A stretch of DNA of 62,605 nt, filler included, from Rhabdomonas costata (Eukaryota): NCBI GenBank assembly GCA_019059605.1. It is 25 parts of 25 records of this genome, joined end to end, with 100 filler letters (N's around TTAATTAATTAA, not from the genome) between each part and the next. Parts side by side here need not be neighbours in the genome. Positions count along the whole stretch, not along the records: positions 1 to 2,408 come from JAHMHO010003560.1; positions 2,509 to 4,918 come from JAHMHO010003561.1; positions 5,019 to 7,423 come from JAHMHO010003562.1; positions 7,524 to 9,931 come from JAHMHO010003563.1; positions 10,032 to 12,439 come from JAHMHO010003564.1; positions 12,540 to 14,951 come from JAHMHO010003565.1; 19 more parts are not named here. One strand, 5' to 3'. Positions 1 through 12,930 of the stretch are shown piece after piece; position 1 is the stretch's first letter, and every line of letters begins with the position of its first letter. The notes under the pieces are model-generated. The model was not told the DNA's origin and ran no database searches. It saw only the letters and a list, made by a program, of their open reading frames with translations. The position numbers and the translations under genes were made by a program.

Positions 1-881
1 TGTGTTGGGTGAAATTATAGTGGATTCTTCTGTCCAATGTAAAGTAGTATACAAAGAGTTACTCAAGGCACTGTTTTAGACTAACTGCGCTTGCTGAAGA
101 TGGTATATTATGAAGAAATAATGTAGCGGCTCATTAAGGTTTGCTTGAATTGTCTTGTGTCCTGTTGTTTCAGATAAAAAGTAAGCGATTCCTTATAATT
201 TCCTCATGCGCTTTGGCGTTTACTACAAATTGCCTCTTTTACAGTGATTACGAGGCGTGAATCTTGTACGACAGTTGTGCAATCACGAAGCCTGAGCGGC
301 AAAAAAGGAGTATTGCATATTGAAAGGTTGCGTCTTCAAACGATGGAAGCTTCATAATGGCTCATATGGTCTGGTGCTGGTGTTGTGGCGCTGCTTCTCA
401 CGCAACCACCTTCTTCTGATTGCGTTGCTCATTCATCCCCTCCTTAATTCCAATTCTTGCACTCTGCTCTTCCCCCCGCCCCCCGATGCCGCATTTGTTC
501 TGCTGCGCTTTTTGCCGGACACTGGACATTGTGTTCCCTAAAGAAGATGACGCAGTGGTTGTGTACCAAAACCAGTGAACTTTAGCTCGAGCCCCGACAC
601 GGCCATGTTGTGAGCTTTCATTGATCGAAGCCATAGTCTTGGAAGACGTCCAAGCTCTTCCATGCTGGAAGCGCTCGTTGAAACTGACGATTGGCACTGT
701 CAGGCTGAAGTGATAACCGCCTTAAAAACAAGCACATTAATGTCACACCAGAGGCGCGGTGTGGAAATGCTCTGCCAAGGACAGTTCGTTGGCTAAGGAC
801 TAGGAACCAGGTTGTAGGTACCTACGGCGTTACTCGATGTTACTCGATGGATTCTGACCGGTGGCTTCTCCTGTCCTTCAG

Positions 882-2280
882 ACGCAAACTGGATGGGGCT
901 CACCCCGCCCTTCAGCTGCTGCGAGAGTTTGTAGACGACGAGGAGTGCTTCCAGACCCTGCTCACCATGTTCCGGCCTCTGGAGACGAAGAAGTTCATGC
1001 GGAAGTACTTTAGCACAGGTTTTGGGCTGCGACTTCTCTATGTTTTCCCTTTCATGAGGTGAACGACGCTGTCTGCGGAACGAGGACAGAATGGTGAAAC
1101 AACTCAGGTTTTTACTGTTCAGCTGTTGTTGAAGATGCAGGTCGGACGATGGCAAAGTATCTCGCAGCTACTTCATGCGCTTTTTTCTCCGGCAGTTTTT
1201 TTTTGCTCATGGATCGCAAGATCACAAGGCCACTCTGTTTGCACCTCCTGTATGCACCGCAAGACACGGCCTCACAGGAGCTCCTCACGCGATCTTCGAG
1301 GCCCCATTTGCCGCGGCCAGCCTGAAGCTCCTGCAGGCCGTGCTGCTGGAGAACGCCGACCACCGGAAGGACTCCTGTCACACGGAGGGCGTGGCCCCCC
1401 ATGAGGTCCCTTCCTCGATCTTCTTCCGCTCTGAATGGAGTGCACCACAGCCTTACACGTGCAATGCAGGTCCCGGTTTGGCAAACTCTTCTGGGTGCCG
1501 TTGTTGTTTATCCCGGTATAGGTTTCGAGTCATTTGCTTTCTAACAGCATTGAAATTGCGTAGTCAGTCTTCTTTCTGGAACGCTTAGGAGTTACACTCA
1601 CCCCGGCAATTTATATCCTTTGTTGCAGGCAGTGAAGGCCTTCGTTGGAAAAGACTGCAAGGACATCCTCTTCCTGGAAGTCGATGAGGTGCTCGGTGGT
1701 CGGGTTTTGAGAGGGAATGCACTTCCTTTTTGACCTACTCTGGCAGGGTAGCACTGAGAATTGACACCAGCATTTTGGAGCAGCGGAGTGAAGATTCAAA
1801 CAGAGCAACGGGCAGTGACCCGAGCGGTTGTGATGATGGTTTGCTGGAAGTCTTCCAAACATAACAACCATAGCAAGAATTTTTGCGTGAAAAAAAGAGA
1901 TATCGTTTCCGCCCGATGCCACGGCCGAGAATGGGCTTTTAAGGACTCCATGACCCTAAGGACCGGCCACCTGCGTTCAAGGAGGCCTGCTGTTTATGCA
2001 AAGGACACCAGGGCTGCTTCGACCCAGCTTACTTTCCCACCTGTAGGTTGGCTATGGCTGTACCTCTCTAGGTTTGTGGTGCGTGGGTATGTGGCCGCAG
2101 GTGCGGGACCGGTGCCCCTACCGCGCCGAGCGCGGGCAGGAGGTGGGGTTCTTCCTTCCCACCTCTGTGCTGCTGCACGAGCCCGCGCAGGGGATGCTGG
2201 AGGCAGGGGAGCAGGGAAGCACGAAGCAGTGGCTGATCCAGTTCATGGTCTCCGACCTGCCCGAGGCGATTAAGAGCCAT
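882..2280 (+). CDS. Hypothetical protein, internal fragment with 4 exons (882-1018, 1278-1405, 1629-1688, 2101-2280)
   Basis: GC3-rich exons bounded by YAG/GT with compatible phases: RKLDGAHPALQLL...FSTG|APHAIFEAPF...PHE|AVKAFVGKD...DE|VRDRCPYRAE...KSH. No family recognised. Confidence 0.7.
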
Positions 2281-2408
2281 GTATGAGGGCGTGCTCTTAT
2301 CTTCTCTCTCACTTTCCGCTCGATTCGGAGGCCAGGTCGCGAGCGCCAACGTTTATGTCCCCACCACCACCACCACCACCTGCAGCAACGCTTTGTAGAC
2401 CCCCAACA

Positions 2409-2508
2409 NNNNNNNNNNNNNNNNNNNNNNNNNNNNNNNNNNNNNNNNNNNNTTAATTAATTAANNNNNNNNNNNNNNNNNNNNNNNNNNNNNNNNNNNN
2501 NNNNNNNN
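2409..2508. other. Artificial contig spacer (44 N + TTAATTAATTAA + 44 N); first of 24 identical spacers about every 2.5 kb
   Basis: The same 100-nt block with a six-frame stop linker recurs 24 times. Flanking contigs are all about 2.4 kb, consistent with a size-sorted assembly. Confidence 0.99.
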
Positions 2509-2759
2509 GTTTGTTTTGCGTGCTGTTTGTGGGTTTTTTCAAGCTGCATTGGTATCATCCATGTGACCCATTCCTGTGATTGCGTCTGTTGGGACAGATA
2601 TCCGTAACAAGACCTGCCTTGGTTCCAGCAACATTCTCAATCTGTTCTTCTGACCAGATATGCTTTGAAGGATCGCTCCCTAGCTGCGATACCAGCAGGG
2701 TTTGTGTACCTTGGATTTTGCAAAATCTGGTTGGATGCTCCCTATGCTCCGCTCTGCAG

Positions 2760-4808
2760 GGGTGGGTTTTCCACGTGATGGCCGCCTCTCTGAAGGGCTC
2801 CGCGGTGTGGGCCGCGCAGCGCATCCCAGACGGCAGCGTCGCCGTGCTCACCAACTTTTTCATCATCCGCGAGGTCAGAGAAGCTGCTCTTTTCTTGACA
2901 GACATTTTCGCAAGACTTAGTATGCCCTGGGTTCTGTGCTCGTTTAATCGCGAACAATTGAAAGCTCTGCTTTTGGAGGAGGGACCATTTTGGCGCGGGG
3001 GCCGCATTCCTCCTGGAGCACATTCCACATTCGCACTTGGGCCACGAACGAGTACGTGTTGTCCAGACCTTTGAACGATCCCCTGCCAGATCTCAGGCCG
3101 CCCGCCGAAACATGGGATTTGGAAAGATGCTGGATTTTCCACTGAAGATGCTGTGATTGGTTGCAGTCCGTTGCATCCACGGATTTTTTCCGTCAGCTCA
3201 ACCTCAGCGACAGCACGCAGTTTTTGGGGTCCAGCAACATCTTCGAGGTTGCGACAGAGAACGGGTATGGCGGGCAGAAGAGCATATACGCAACGCGCGT
3301 GATGAGGAGAACCGGAATGTGTTTCTCACTCTTGTTCTATTGTGTAGAATTGCCGTGGACCTGGAGATGTGGAGTAAGACATTTTCGTCTTTTGATTTGA
3401 GTTACGCAGCGGCAGTGCCTTCCATTGGTGAGGTGGAGATGGTTGCATTTCCTTCTTGCTTTGACTTTTTTATCCTGACTTTTGACGTACCCGGATACAT
3501 TGCTTTTGATCTTTGGTGTGTATGCCAACCGCTAGTAGGTTTTTTAACTCGCTCCTTGTCGTTTTAACACATTATTGCTGGCCCCATCTTATCCGCCCGC
3601 TACAGCCGCGCCGTGGACTGTCTCCAGACGCTGGCTGCTGCCTCTGAACTCACCCCTCAAAACCCTTTGCACCAAATTGGCTCACTTATCTCACCTGAGC
3701 AAGAATAACTTACTATCGAGAGTGACACAGATTATTTAAGCCTATTCTGGTTAGATTAACAAAGTGTTGCGCTGCCATGGACACCCGTTATCCCCTCCCC
3801 CAAACTCAATTGGGCCCCGAGTTTGACATGTTTCTCTCCCTGGTGGAATCCCCTGCCCAGGTGGTGGCCGCGGAACTCCCCTGTGGTGGACTTCACTATG
3901 GCCTTCACCGCGGGGGAGTACGACCACAAGTACTACATCGGGCGGCGGTGGTGGCGGCTGATGGCGCTGCTGACGCCCTCCGTTCCGCTCTCGCCGACCT
4001 ACGCGACAATCTTTGACAAGCTGTACCCCTCCTTTGTGAAGCCAGAGAAGCTGCTGCGGCTGCAGGACTTCTTCGCCATTAACAGGGACTACTTCGGAGG
4101 TATGGTGTTCGTTGGTGTGGAGATGTATAGCCAGGAGTGTCCTTGTTTCTTATAGTCCTCGCTTTGCCTAACCCGGTTTTTTTTCTCCGTCGCCGTCTTG
4201 CTTGGTAACAGCAGTGCCCTATTTTTTTTTGCCCGTCGGTGCTCTATGGCTTTGGGTGAGAAGGGACCCACCCCTCGGTCTCTAATTTTAATTGCGTTGG
4301 CTGTTGTTTGACCCTTTGACCCTGAGGTTTGCATTTTTTTTTGCTTTTTCCTTTTTCGTCTTCCCGCGGTGAGCTATATGTTTGAGGTGCGGCGGGGATA
4401 TCTGTATCTCAAGTGTCGTCGCTTTACGAGGCTCCGGTCAACCTTGCGCGCTGAGACAACGTCCCTATCCTGAGACACGTGCACGGCTGTACGCTTAACA
4501 GGGGAAAGTCCTGGTTGGGGTGGGCCTATGCTTGCTTTTCCCACCACGCCTGAGCGAGACGCGCGGTGTACCGAGGATCGCGGAGTACACCGTGAATATG
4601 GATTCGAGCCGATTTCGGTGGCTGAGTGTATCCTTACCATTAATGCCCAACTCAGTCTGTGTGTATGGTAGGGACGCCCTACGACATGAGCGCGGGCCCA
4701 GCAGCAGGTCCGTTTGGGTCTCCGCGTCGCCATCCCCCGGGCGACGCTGAGCTCATCACCCCCGGGGGCTGGGAGCGCCCCATCAACGTTTTCAAGGCTC
4801 TGTACTCG
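2760..4808 (+). CDS. Peptidase family C69 (dipeptidase/secernin-like), internal fragment with 4 exons (2760-2873, 3197-3264, 3861-4099, 4672-4808)
   Basis: Motifs SAVWAAQRIPDGSVAVLTNFFIIRE, YYIGRRWW, RDYFGGTPYDMSAGPAAGPFGSP and WERPI; all GT-AG introns are phase-compatible. Confidence 0.85.
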
Positions 4809-6042
4809 GTGCGAGTCCGCTTTGTCCCCGCCCCTTTCCCCTTTTTACTTCTTTCCCAAAATCACCCACAGACACTTCCAGCTTAGTGCGATGAAATTAC
4901 GGCAGGCAACAAAAACCANNNNNNNNNNNNNNNNNNNNNNNNNNNNNNNNNNNNNNNNNNNNTTAATTAATTAANNNNNNNNNNNNNNNNNNNNNNNNNN
5001 NNNNNNNNNNNNNNNNNNCCTGAACACAGTATAATATGAATATCACGCATCTCAGGGCGGTGGTCGCGGACCCATCTGTGCTTTGGCTGCGCTCACGGGT
5101 TAACGGGACGCTGAGGATCAGCAAACCAGTTTTACCCAGGAATTGATTAGAAAAGAATCGTAACAATCCACAAAAACACGAGTTGGGGGTGAAACTAATT
5201 CGCTTCAATCTTATTAGCCAGTGAGACTGAACTTTCAAGAACAGTCCCCGATTCAAAACGCCTAGCAATTCACCTCGGGGGCGGTCACAAGAATACATCA
5301 AATGATTCATTAATCGAGAGCTGCTCAGGGAGTCACCCGTTGCTGGTTCAAAGTGCCATGAACCTTTTTGCTGGGGCAATTCGAAAATTCCGGTGTATCT
5401 ATGACGCACTATATGTCAAAAAAAAAAGCACAACTCGGATTCATACACATGCACACACCAAATCAAGATGCAGCACTTCGGGCTGATTCTTGGGCTTCGT
5501 CGAGTTGGTTCCCGTCTAAATACAAATTCCCACGAACGCACTCAGAAGGGCGTGACCGTAGAAACGCAGATAGTGTACGCCCACAATGGGAGAGAAAATT
5601 GTTACCACAATGCCATCTTTTCACTAACAAGGGAAGGAGGTCTCAAATATGTGATATTCTGGCTAAAAATGGATGCCTTCGTGTGAAATAAAAGTTGCCA
5701 TATACATTGTTTGTTGTTAAATACGGTCTCCAGTGTTCAAGAAATTCTTTCTGATGTGAAGATGACCACGGCTGTCATTTACCACTTCTCACTCTTGAAA
5801 TGGCACGGGCCTATCAAAACTAATCCTACCAGGGGGGGATGTTGGGACTGCTCCTGCAGAAGTTCTTTTTGCTATATCCTGCGCTTCTCTGAAACGTGGC
5901 ACTATTCGTGCTGGCCATCAGACGTGCACTCTCCAGGAATTCGCGGAGTTTGCTGTTGGCACATTTGACAAGTCGCTTGCCCTTGTTCTGCTCTCAATGA
6001 AGCGATAAGGAGAGGGAAGGGGGGAGAGAGGAGGCGCTCACC

Positions 6043-6954
6043 TTGCACAAGAAGCCACTCTTAAAGCCTGCGAAGGCACCCTGCCGCACAGAGGATAGAG
6101 TCCGCTCCAGTCCATTTAGTCCGACCCACCACCACACCCAAAGAAAGTCACCTGCGTAAAAGGAGTTCAATGCAGCTCTGTGGACTAAGCGAAACTAGAG
6201 CCATTCAAAGCGCACCAAACTCAAGAAACGGGAGGCGAGGAGGCGGTGGCAGATTTTGTGACCCCACCTTTGCCGGCGGTGGGGCCGCCTTTGCCTTTGC
6301 CCCACTCGCAGACGGACAGCTGGTCTTGCCCAAAGAGCTCTCCACCTGTACCACAAAAACACGCCTCTCCTGGGCACCCACACCTCCACCCGTACACATA
6401 TGCCCGCAAGAAATAAGAGGTTGGGGGTCGGTGTACCACCAGGCTAGAAAGACCCCATAAGCTCTGCCCTGCATAAACTTCAGCAAGGGAAATGGGGTTC
6501 CATTCCCACCTTTTTCTGTTGTAATTATCAATCCCAAAGAGGTCCAAACTTATTCCCACAAGGGTCCGGTCCGTGCCTGACCATCGGCGCAGCGAAACGG
6601 CAGGGAAGGAATGCAAGTGTGCTCTCGACCGCACCTGCAGAGACCCGTAAAAAGAAACACATGGAGACATCACACTTCTGTTTCGGCTCGCTGACCACAT
6701 GAAAGGCATCGAGGTGTTGCAGCCTTCTCTGGTTGTCTGTCACAGTAAGGGTAAGCAAAGGAGCAAACACCGATCAAGGCAAACTCGAATACAAATATTA
6801 TGTATTGCGGATCCAGATACACACACCGCAGTAACTGAGGGGGATGTGCACACATTTTGGTGGGGCTGCAGGACACTCCATTGCGTGAACAGCAGGGCCT
6901 CATAGAGCCGCCGAAGGCCCACCTCAGGCCGCCTCTGGGCCAGGGCCTCTTGAG
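6043..6954 (-). CDS. Probable multi-exon hypothetical protein fragment
   Basis: Several short AG..GT-bounded coding-like segments on the minus strand (e.g. QEALAQRRPEVGLRRLYEALLFTQWSVLQPHQN; VESSLGKTSCPSASGAKAKAAPPPAK). The model is not fully resolved. Confidence 0.35.
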
Positions 6955-7949
6955 CTGCACAGATCCCCCCCCCCAAAGATTCAGTGCTCAGAGGTGAGGT
7001 TATTCAGCTTCAGGGCCAGGATCCCCGCCACAGAATACGGTTAAATTCGGACGAAGCACAAATGTAACTCTTTCTATAAAAAAAGCCAATATGAAAAGCG
7101 TCATGTCATCTCAAAATCGGGCACGGCGCAATTCATACGCTTACACTGACATGGCAGTCAAGCAAAGAGCCAATAAAATCTTCGCTGAGCTTCCACCTTG
7201 AGACTTTGCCGATATTAGGAAAGTCCGAAAGATCTCTTTTCTAACCCTGGTGGAAAATTTTTGAAACGTAGCTGTGAAGTGACCCACTGTCCGGAGAGTC
7301 CATGCCAGAGAGGTACAAAAGGGGTTTCTGTCTCTCATGTGAACAATGCTCGTTGCCGTGTCTTCTCTCGTTTTTAAAAGTTGCTTCTACGAACTTAGGT
7401 ATTTCAATCAGAACCTTTTCAGCNNNNNNNNNNNNNNNNNNNNNNNNNNNNNNNNNNNNNNNNNNNNTTAATTAATTAANNNNNNNNNNNNNNNNNNNNN
7501 NNNNNNNNNNNNNNNNNNNNNNNAAATTGGGCGGCAGGAGATTTCCGGTGGCTAGCAGTGCTGTGCCTAGGTGTGTGAGCTATAACGGTAAACCGTTGCA
7601 AGGACACCGGTGTTGATTCGTAAAACTTTTGGGTCTGAAGTGACTGCTTGTTTTTTTGGTCTTGGTCTCTGCATTCCGATGGGTCTCCTGGAGCTTCAGC
7701 GAGTGGGTGGGCTTTAAGGCAGAAAACAAACTGCGGGGCCACTGCGACGGTGCATCTGTCAACTCGTGAGTGAGGGGGGGGGTGAGCAAGCTTTTCTCTG
7801 TCGTCCCTGGGCAGGATCCAGGATGAACTGATGGAATTCATCTCCTCCCTAATTCGGGAACCCACCAAGGCTGCTGCTGCTTTCTCGTTTGCAATCGCTT
7901 GTACTTGCTTTTTATTGTTGAGGGTGGGCGGAGCCTGTTCTTGTTGTAG

Positions 7950-9351
7950 GGATGACCGTTGTCTCGTTCGACTTCTCGGGATCCGGGCAGTCGGACGGGG
8001 AGTATGTCTCCCTGGGGTTCTTTGAGCGGGACGACCTTAGAGCTGTGATGCAGCACCTTCGCGAGAGCGGAGCGGTGAGCACTATCGGGCTGTGGGGCCG
8101 CTCCATGGGCGCGGCCACCGCGCTGCTGCACGCCGAGCGGGACCCTACGATTGCGGGGATGGTAGTGGACAGCAGCTTTGCGGAGCTGAACCAGCTGGCA
8201 CACGAGATGGTCTCGTTGACAAAGGCCCAGGGAGGGTTCTCGGTGCCTGGGTTTGTGGTGTCGGCGGGGCTGAGGCTCATCCGCGGAGCGGTGCAGAAGA
8301 AGGCTGGGTTTGACATCAACGCCCTGGCCCCTATCAAGAACGTGGACCGGTTTGTTGTGAGTGGGGGTAAGGGGTTCGTTTGTTTGTTAACGTTTTTTGT
8401 GTGCGGGGAACTCATGTTTGTTTGTGCGTTTGCATGCTAGGGGCGTGGTGTGTGTGTGTGCATGTGTGTTTGTATTCCCTCAACTCTGCAAGTAATGTGA
8501 AACCGCTGCAGTGCGGTTAGAGCAGCCAAGGACGGGAAGATCTTGGTTCCCACACGGTCGTGCGAAACGCGGCCACCTCCTGCCGCCAGCATTCACAAGT
8601 GACGGTCTTGGGGTGTTCCACTTCCGGGGGAGGGGGTAATGCGAAGTATGTGGTACGCGTAACGGCGTAATACGTGCAAACAGGATGAACTTATTGGTCT
8701 TTCAGGGGGTTAGGGGCCGGTGCAAGGGTCTTGAAGATGAGCTTTTGGGTCTCCCTGGGGTTCGGTGGCAATGCACGAATTTCGAACATGCATTTATTGG
8801 TCCTTTGTGCAACGGCGTTGCCCGCATCATAGCCTTATACGTATAACGGGAATCCTCCCCCTCGTTCTTCCCCAGGCCCCCAATGACGGGACAACTGGAA
8901 ATGATGGAGGTGATGGCTGATGACCTGCGCACCACCCCAAACGGACGTTACACCAGCATAATCGTGCTTGTTTAGGGGGGATGTGTAACTCTTCTCCACC
9001 ACAGTCCCTCCTTCTTCCTTTTTCTTGTGCAGGTGCTTTGTGCCGGCCCTCTTTGCCCACGCCAAGGGGGACAGCTTCATCCTCCCCCACCACAGCCAGC
9101 AGCTCCACCACAACTATGCCGGAGACAAGAACATCGTTCTCTTCGAGGGCGACCACAACACCGTGCGCCCAGGCTTCTTCGCGGACAGCGGGATGATCTT
9201 CTTGTGCGCCGTAATGCAGATCCCCGCGGAGCTGCAGCTGACCCTCGCCGAGGGCGCTCCGCGACCTCGGGGGCTGCCGTGGGCCAACCGCCGCGAACGG
9301 GTGCACCAGCAGATTCAGTCTACTTTGGACGGGGACATCGCCGCGAAGAGG
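7950..9351 (+). CDS. Alpha/beta hydrolase (YqkD/serine aminopeptidase S33-like), exons 7950-8349 and 9033-9351
   Basis: FDFSGSGQSDGEYVSLG, nucleophile elbow GLWGRSMGA, Asp in GDSFI, His in EGDHN; phase-2 GT-AG intron. Confidence 0.9.
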
Positions 9352-10232
9352 GTACTGCTTCCCCCTCTTCTCTTGCTGGGAGCTCCAGTTTAAGAGCGCG
9401 GTCAGATCTTTGTGGGGGCCTAACAGAGCAAATGGGTTTCTCGTCAATCGCCTGTATCTCAGGTTTTAAGTGTATGCATCCTTCTCCTCCATCAATTGTT
9501 GGGGTACATTTTTATGTTATAATATGTATGGTTGAACCTGCCCTTTTGGATGAACCTGAACTTTTGGATGAAGGTGGAGCAGTTATTTGAGGAGCATGAT
9601 AAATGATATATGAGTGGGTGTGGGGAATATGTTATCTGCGTCCACCTTTTCGTTTTCGCGCCCATCCACCTTCACCTTTGTCTGTTTGTCATGACCAGTT
9701 GAACTGTTGCACAGCAATGATTCCAATGACTATGGTCCGGGAAAGGGGCATGGGAACCCTGAACCTCTTAGCCATCTTTTGTCTGTGACTGCTGGTGTCG
9801 TTTTTCTCTTAGGCTTCCCAACCATACCGCTCGCCGAAGCTTCCCTGTACCGTTATCTTTGCACCCCGGTTGTGCTCGCTGTTTCAGGGAAGCTTCGGCG
9901 AGCGGTATGGTTGGGAAGCCTAACAAAAAACNNNNNNNNNNNNNNNNNNNNNNNNNNNNNNNNNNNNNNNNNNNNTTAATTAATTAANNNNNNNNNNNNN
10001 NNNNNNNNNNNNNNNNNNNNNNNNNNNNNNNCTTGTCTGGGTGTGTATCGAGATGATGGCATCAGAGCAGGAACTCGGGGAATGGGGACACTCAGGTACT
10101 CAATCTTCAGTTTTTAAGCATGATCCATATGGTTCCATATCTTGAAAGCATTCCGGAGATCCTTTGGCTTGTTCGCCAGAATTACTCGGGGGAGAGTGGA
10201 GCCTTAATGTGAGTTTCTGCTACACTGTTCAG

Positions 10233-11320
10233 GTTGGTCGTCGACCTAAGTTGCCGGAGAAAGGAGTCCGGGTGGTTTGTCGCCACCAACCGCTGGCAGA
10301 CCGTGACCTCTTTTGCAATCACCGGTGCGCCAGACTTCTTGGGCCACACACTTTGTGCGTGTATCTGTTCTTGTGCCGCGTCCATGCACTGCGAATTCGA
10401 GCCTCACAGGACACAGTTGCAGTCGTCTTTAAAAAGCGAGGAAGGCTGTTTTCATCAATAGTGAGGTCCTATGCTGAAATATGAGTTAAGCGGGTTGCAC
10501 TTGATTTTTCTGGGGTGGTGCTGATGATTCGCTTTTGTGGTGCAAAGCTGTCAGAAACTTTCTCGCATTGTCATTTTATCCCTCCCACCCCCCCACCCCC
10601 CATTGCATGTGTATGGCCACTGTTGTCTTCTCAGAAGCGAACCTGGCCTCGCTGGAGAACCACTGTGCGGAGTTCTTGATCCATGCTGCCGATGTGGAGG
10701 GGCTTTGCAAGGGCATTGACGGAGAGCTGGTTAAGCTGCTGGTATGCATTCAAAGCCTGCTGGTGCATTTTGATCACGCTGAAGCTGGTCGTGGAGAACT
10801 TCTCTAGTCTGTCCACAGAAGACTTCGAGTTGTTAGAACCCTCATTGGCGCAGCTTAACCTTCTGTTACAGTCTGTCTCCAACGGCCTGGGGTTTTTCAA
10901 CCACAGTGTGACTGCAACAAAAGCTTAGCAAACCATCGCCCACGCCCGTTCACAAATTTGATGGACCGGGGTGGACACGGTTTTTCTTCAGACATGGGCA
11001 CCTCACCACCTCTTCATTTCCAAAATTGCGCACTTGAAGCCCTTCACAGTGGGACACCAAGTCCGAGCATACCTATTTGGTGTTCTCGCTCCTTTTTGCA
11101 GGGCTCGTGTGTGACCATCCCCACAACCTACGCGGGGGGCGCCAGAAGCCTGGAGGACCTGCAGCTCGTGGACGGACTTAGTGAGGGCAAGGTGGACCTC
11201 ACTATTGGCTCCGCCCTGGACATCTTTGGGGGCACTGGGGTACGGTACGAGCAGTGTGTGGCCTACAACCGCGAGGCTGCGGCGGGTCGCCGCTGTGATG
11301 TGGCACCCGAAACGCACTGA
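10233..11320 (+). CDS. HIS6: ProFAR isomerase (eukaryotic HIS6/HisA type), 3' part, exons 10233-10324, 10635-10741, 11102-11320
   Basis: [40 protein letters not shown] and [13 protein letters not shown] are diagnostic of HIS6; stop TGA at 11318-11320. Confidence 0.95.
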
Positions 11321-11928
11321 GGCTCTGAAGGAGTCGCTCACTTGAGGGTGTTTGGAATGGACCTTTGTCCAGCGCTGAAGACCGCCACGGATCGTTACGT
11401 TGACGGCTTTCCGCTGTGGTACTGACTGCTGAGGAGAATTTTTGGTGGCGTTCCCAAGCCAGTTCTTTAACAAAAGCATTTCATCAGATACTTGGGAGTG
11501 AATGCACTCCAGTCACGTCACATTGCGTTTACGTACGTTCGCTAATGGGATCTTCTTCTTCTTCTTCTTCTTCTTTTGTGAAATGTTACATTTTCATGGC
11601 TTGTGCGATTTGCAAGCCCAGCAGGTTTTGGCCTTTCGACGGCTGACTATTCCTCCGGTAGACTTTTTTATGTGTGGGTATGATGATTCAGCTGTCAACT
11701 TTATGACCCTTTAGGATATTTGCGACCAGCCGTACTTACTTCCAATGCTTAGGCTGTGCGCTGTGGTGTGATTTCTTTCGGAGGGAAGGGGCTCTTCCGA
11801 CTCTTTGTTTTTTTTTCGCGTTTAGTTCCTGCAGTCTTTATCACAGCGCCCCTTGTCTTACAAAATGCTCCTTGGTTCGGAAAGGGTGCTCGAGCCTCAC
11901 AGTCTCTGCCGGTGACCTCACAGCTGGT

Positions 11929-12206
11929 ATGCCGCGACGGACCAGCGCTGCGCGGCACTTGCTGAAAGCTGCCGTGGTGATTTCCACCACCACCGTTCTG
12001 GTCACGCTGGTTTGCACAGTCCTCGGGGTGTCCCCGCTTGCCGTGTTGACGGGTGATGAGCCTCAGCTCAACGCCCGCGCGAGACCCCGTGGGGTCGCGG
12101 AGCCGAGCCTGTGGCAAGCGGCAACGGGGGCCTCGCAGCGTCATCATGGGCAGGCCGCAGAAAAACGAAGACTGTGCTCACGGAAGTCTGGAGGCCAAGG
12201 AAGAAG
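11929..12206 (+). CDS. First exon of a probable type II membrane or secreted protein
   Basis: ATG at 11929, basic N-terminus, hydrophobic stretch AAVVISTTTVLVTLVCTVLGV, candidate donor AG|GTCGG at 12207, upstream polypyrimidine-AG. Confidence 0.45.
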
Positions 12207-12930
12207 GTCGGTTAATTGTTGGGTCCGCGTGCGAGGTACAAAAGGATGCAATGGCGAAAGTTTGTGCAACGATCCAAGAAGTTATTTTGTCCCGCGGACT
12301 TCTGTCGCTGAGGGTTGAGATTGGTTCGTCTCCCTCCCCTAAGGTTAAACATTCCCACTCGTCTTACATTTAGTCGTGCACATAGCCGATAAAACAGCCG
12401 GTTTCCGCCTTGTACGTTGCCTTTTATTACCACCCCACCNNNNNNNNNNNNNNNNNNNNNNNNNNNNNNNNNNNNNNNNNNNNTTAATTAATTAANNNNN
12501 NNNNNNNNNNNNNNNNNNNNNNNNNNNNNNNNNNNNNNNGGAGCGAGCAGATTCACTAGGCGAAGGCAGTGACCTAAATGGCGGCAATGAGAGGAGGGGG
12601 TCCCGTGACCAGGGTGGCGAAGGGATCCCTACTGGGGAACAACCCAGGAGAGGATGTGAAGCCATGGTGGGAGAGTGAGAGAGCTCCGATCACAGTTTGA
12701 GTTCTTCCACGGGTTTTGGTAAACTTTTGGTAAACTGGAACCCCTCGGCCTGGAATTACCGATTTCTATTTGGCCAGCGCTTGTTACTTCGTTACTCCGA
12801 GCTCCGCACTCGCATTCAGGTTTTCCATGCCCATTTCCAAAAAAAAATACTATAAATCCTATAAATATTAATCTTTGCTACTGGACTCAACATTATTACT
12901 CCTGCTTTCCACGCATGGATCTTTCGGCAG

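Noticed and set aside
9530-9675. Short direct repeats and a 10-bp inverted repeat (TGAAGGTGGA/TCCACCTTCA) as a MITE
   Set aside because: Too short, with no target-site duplication or second copy in the window.
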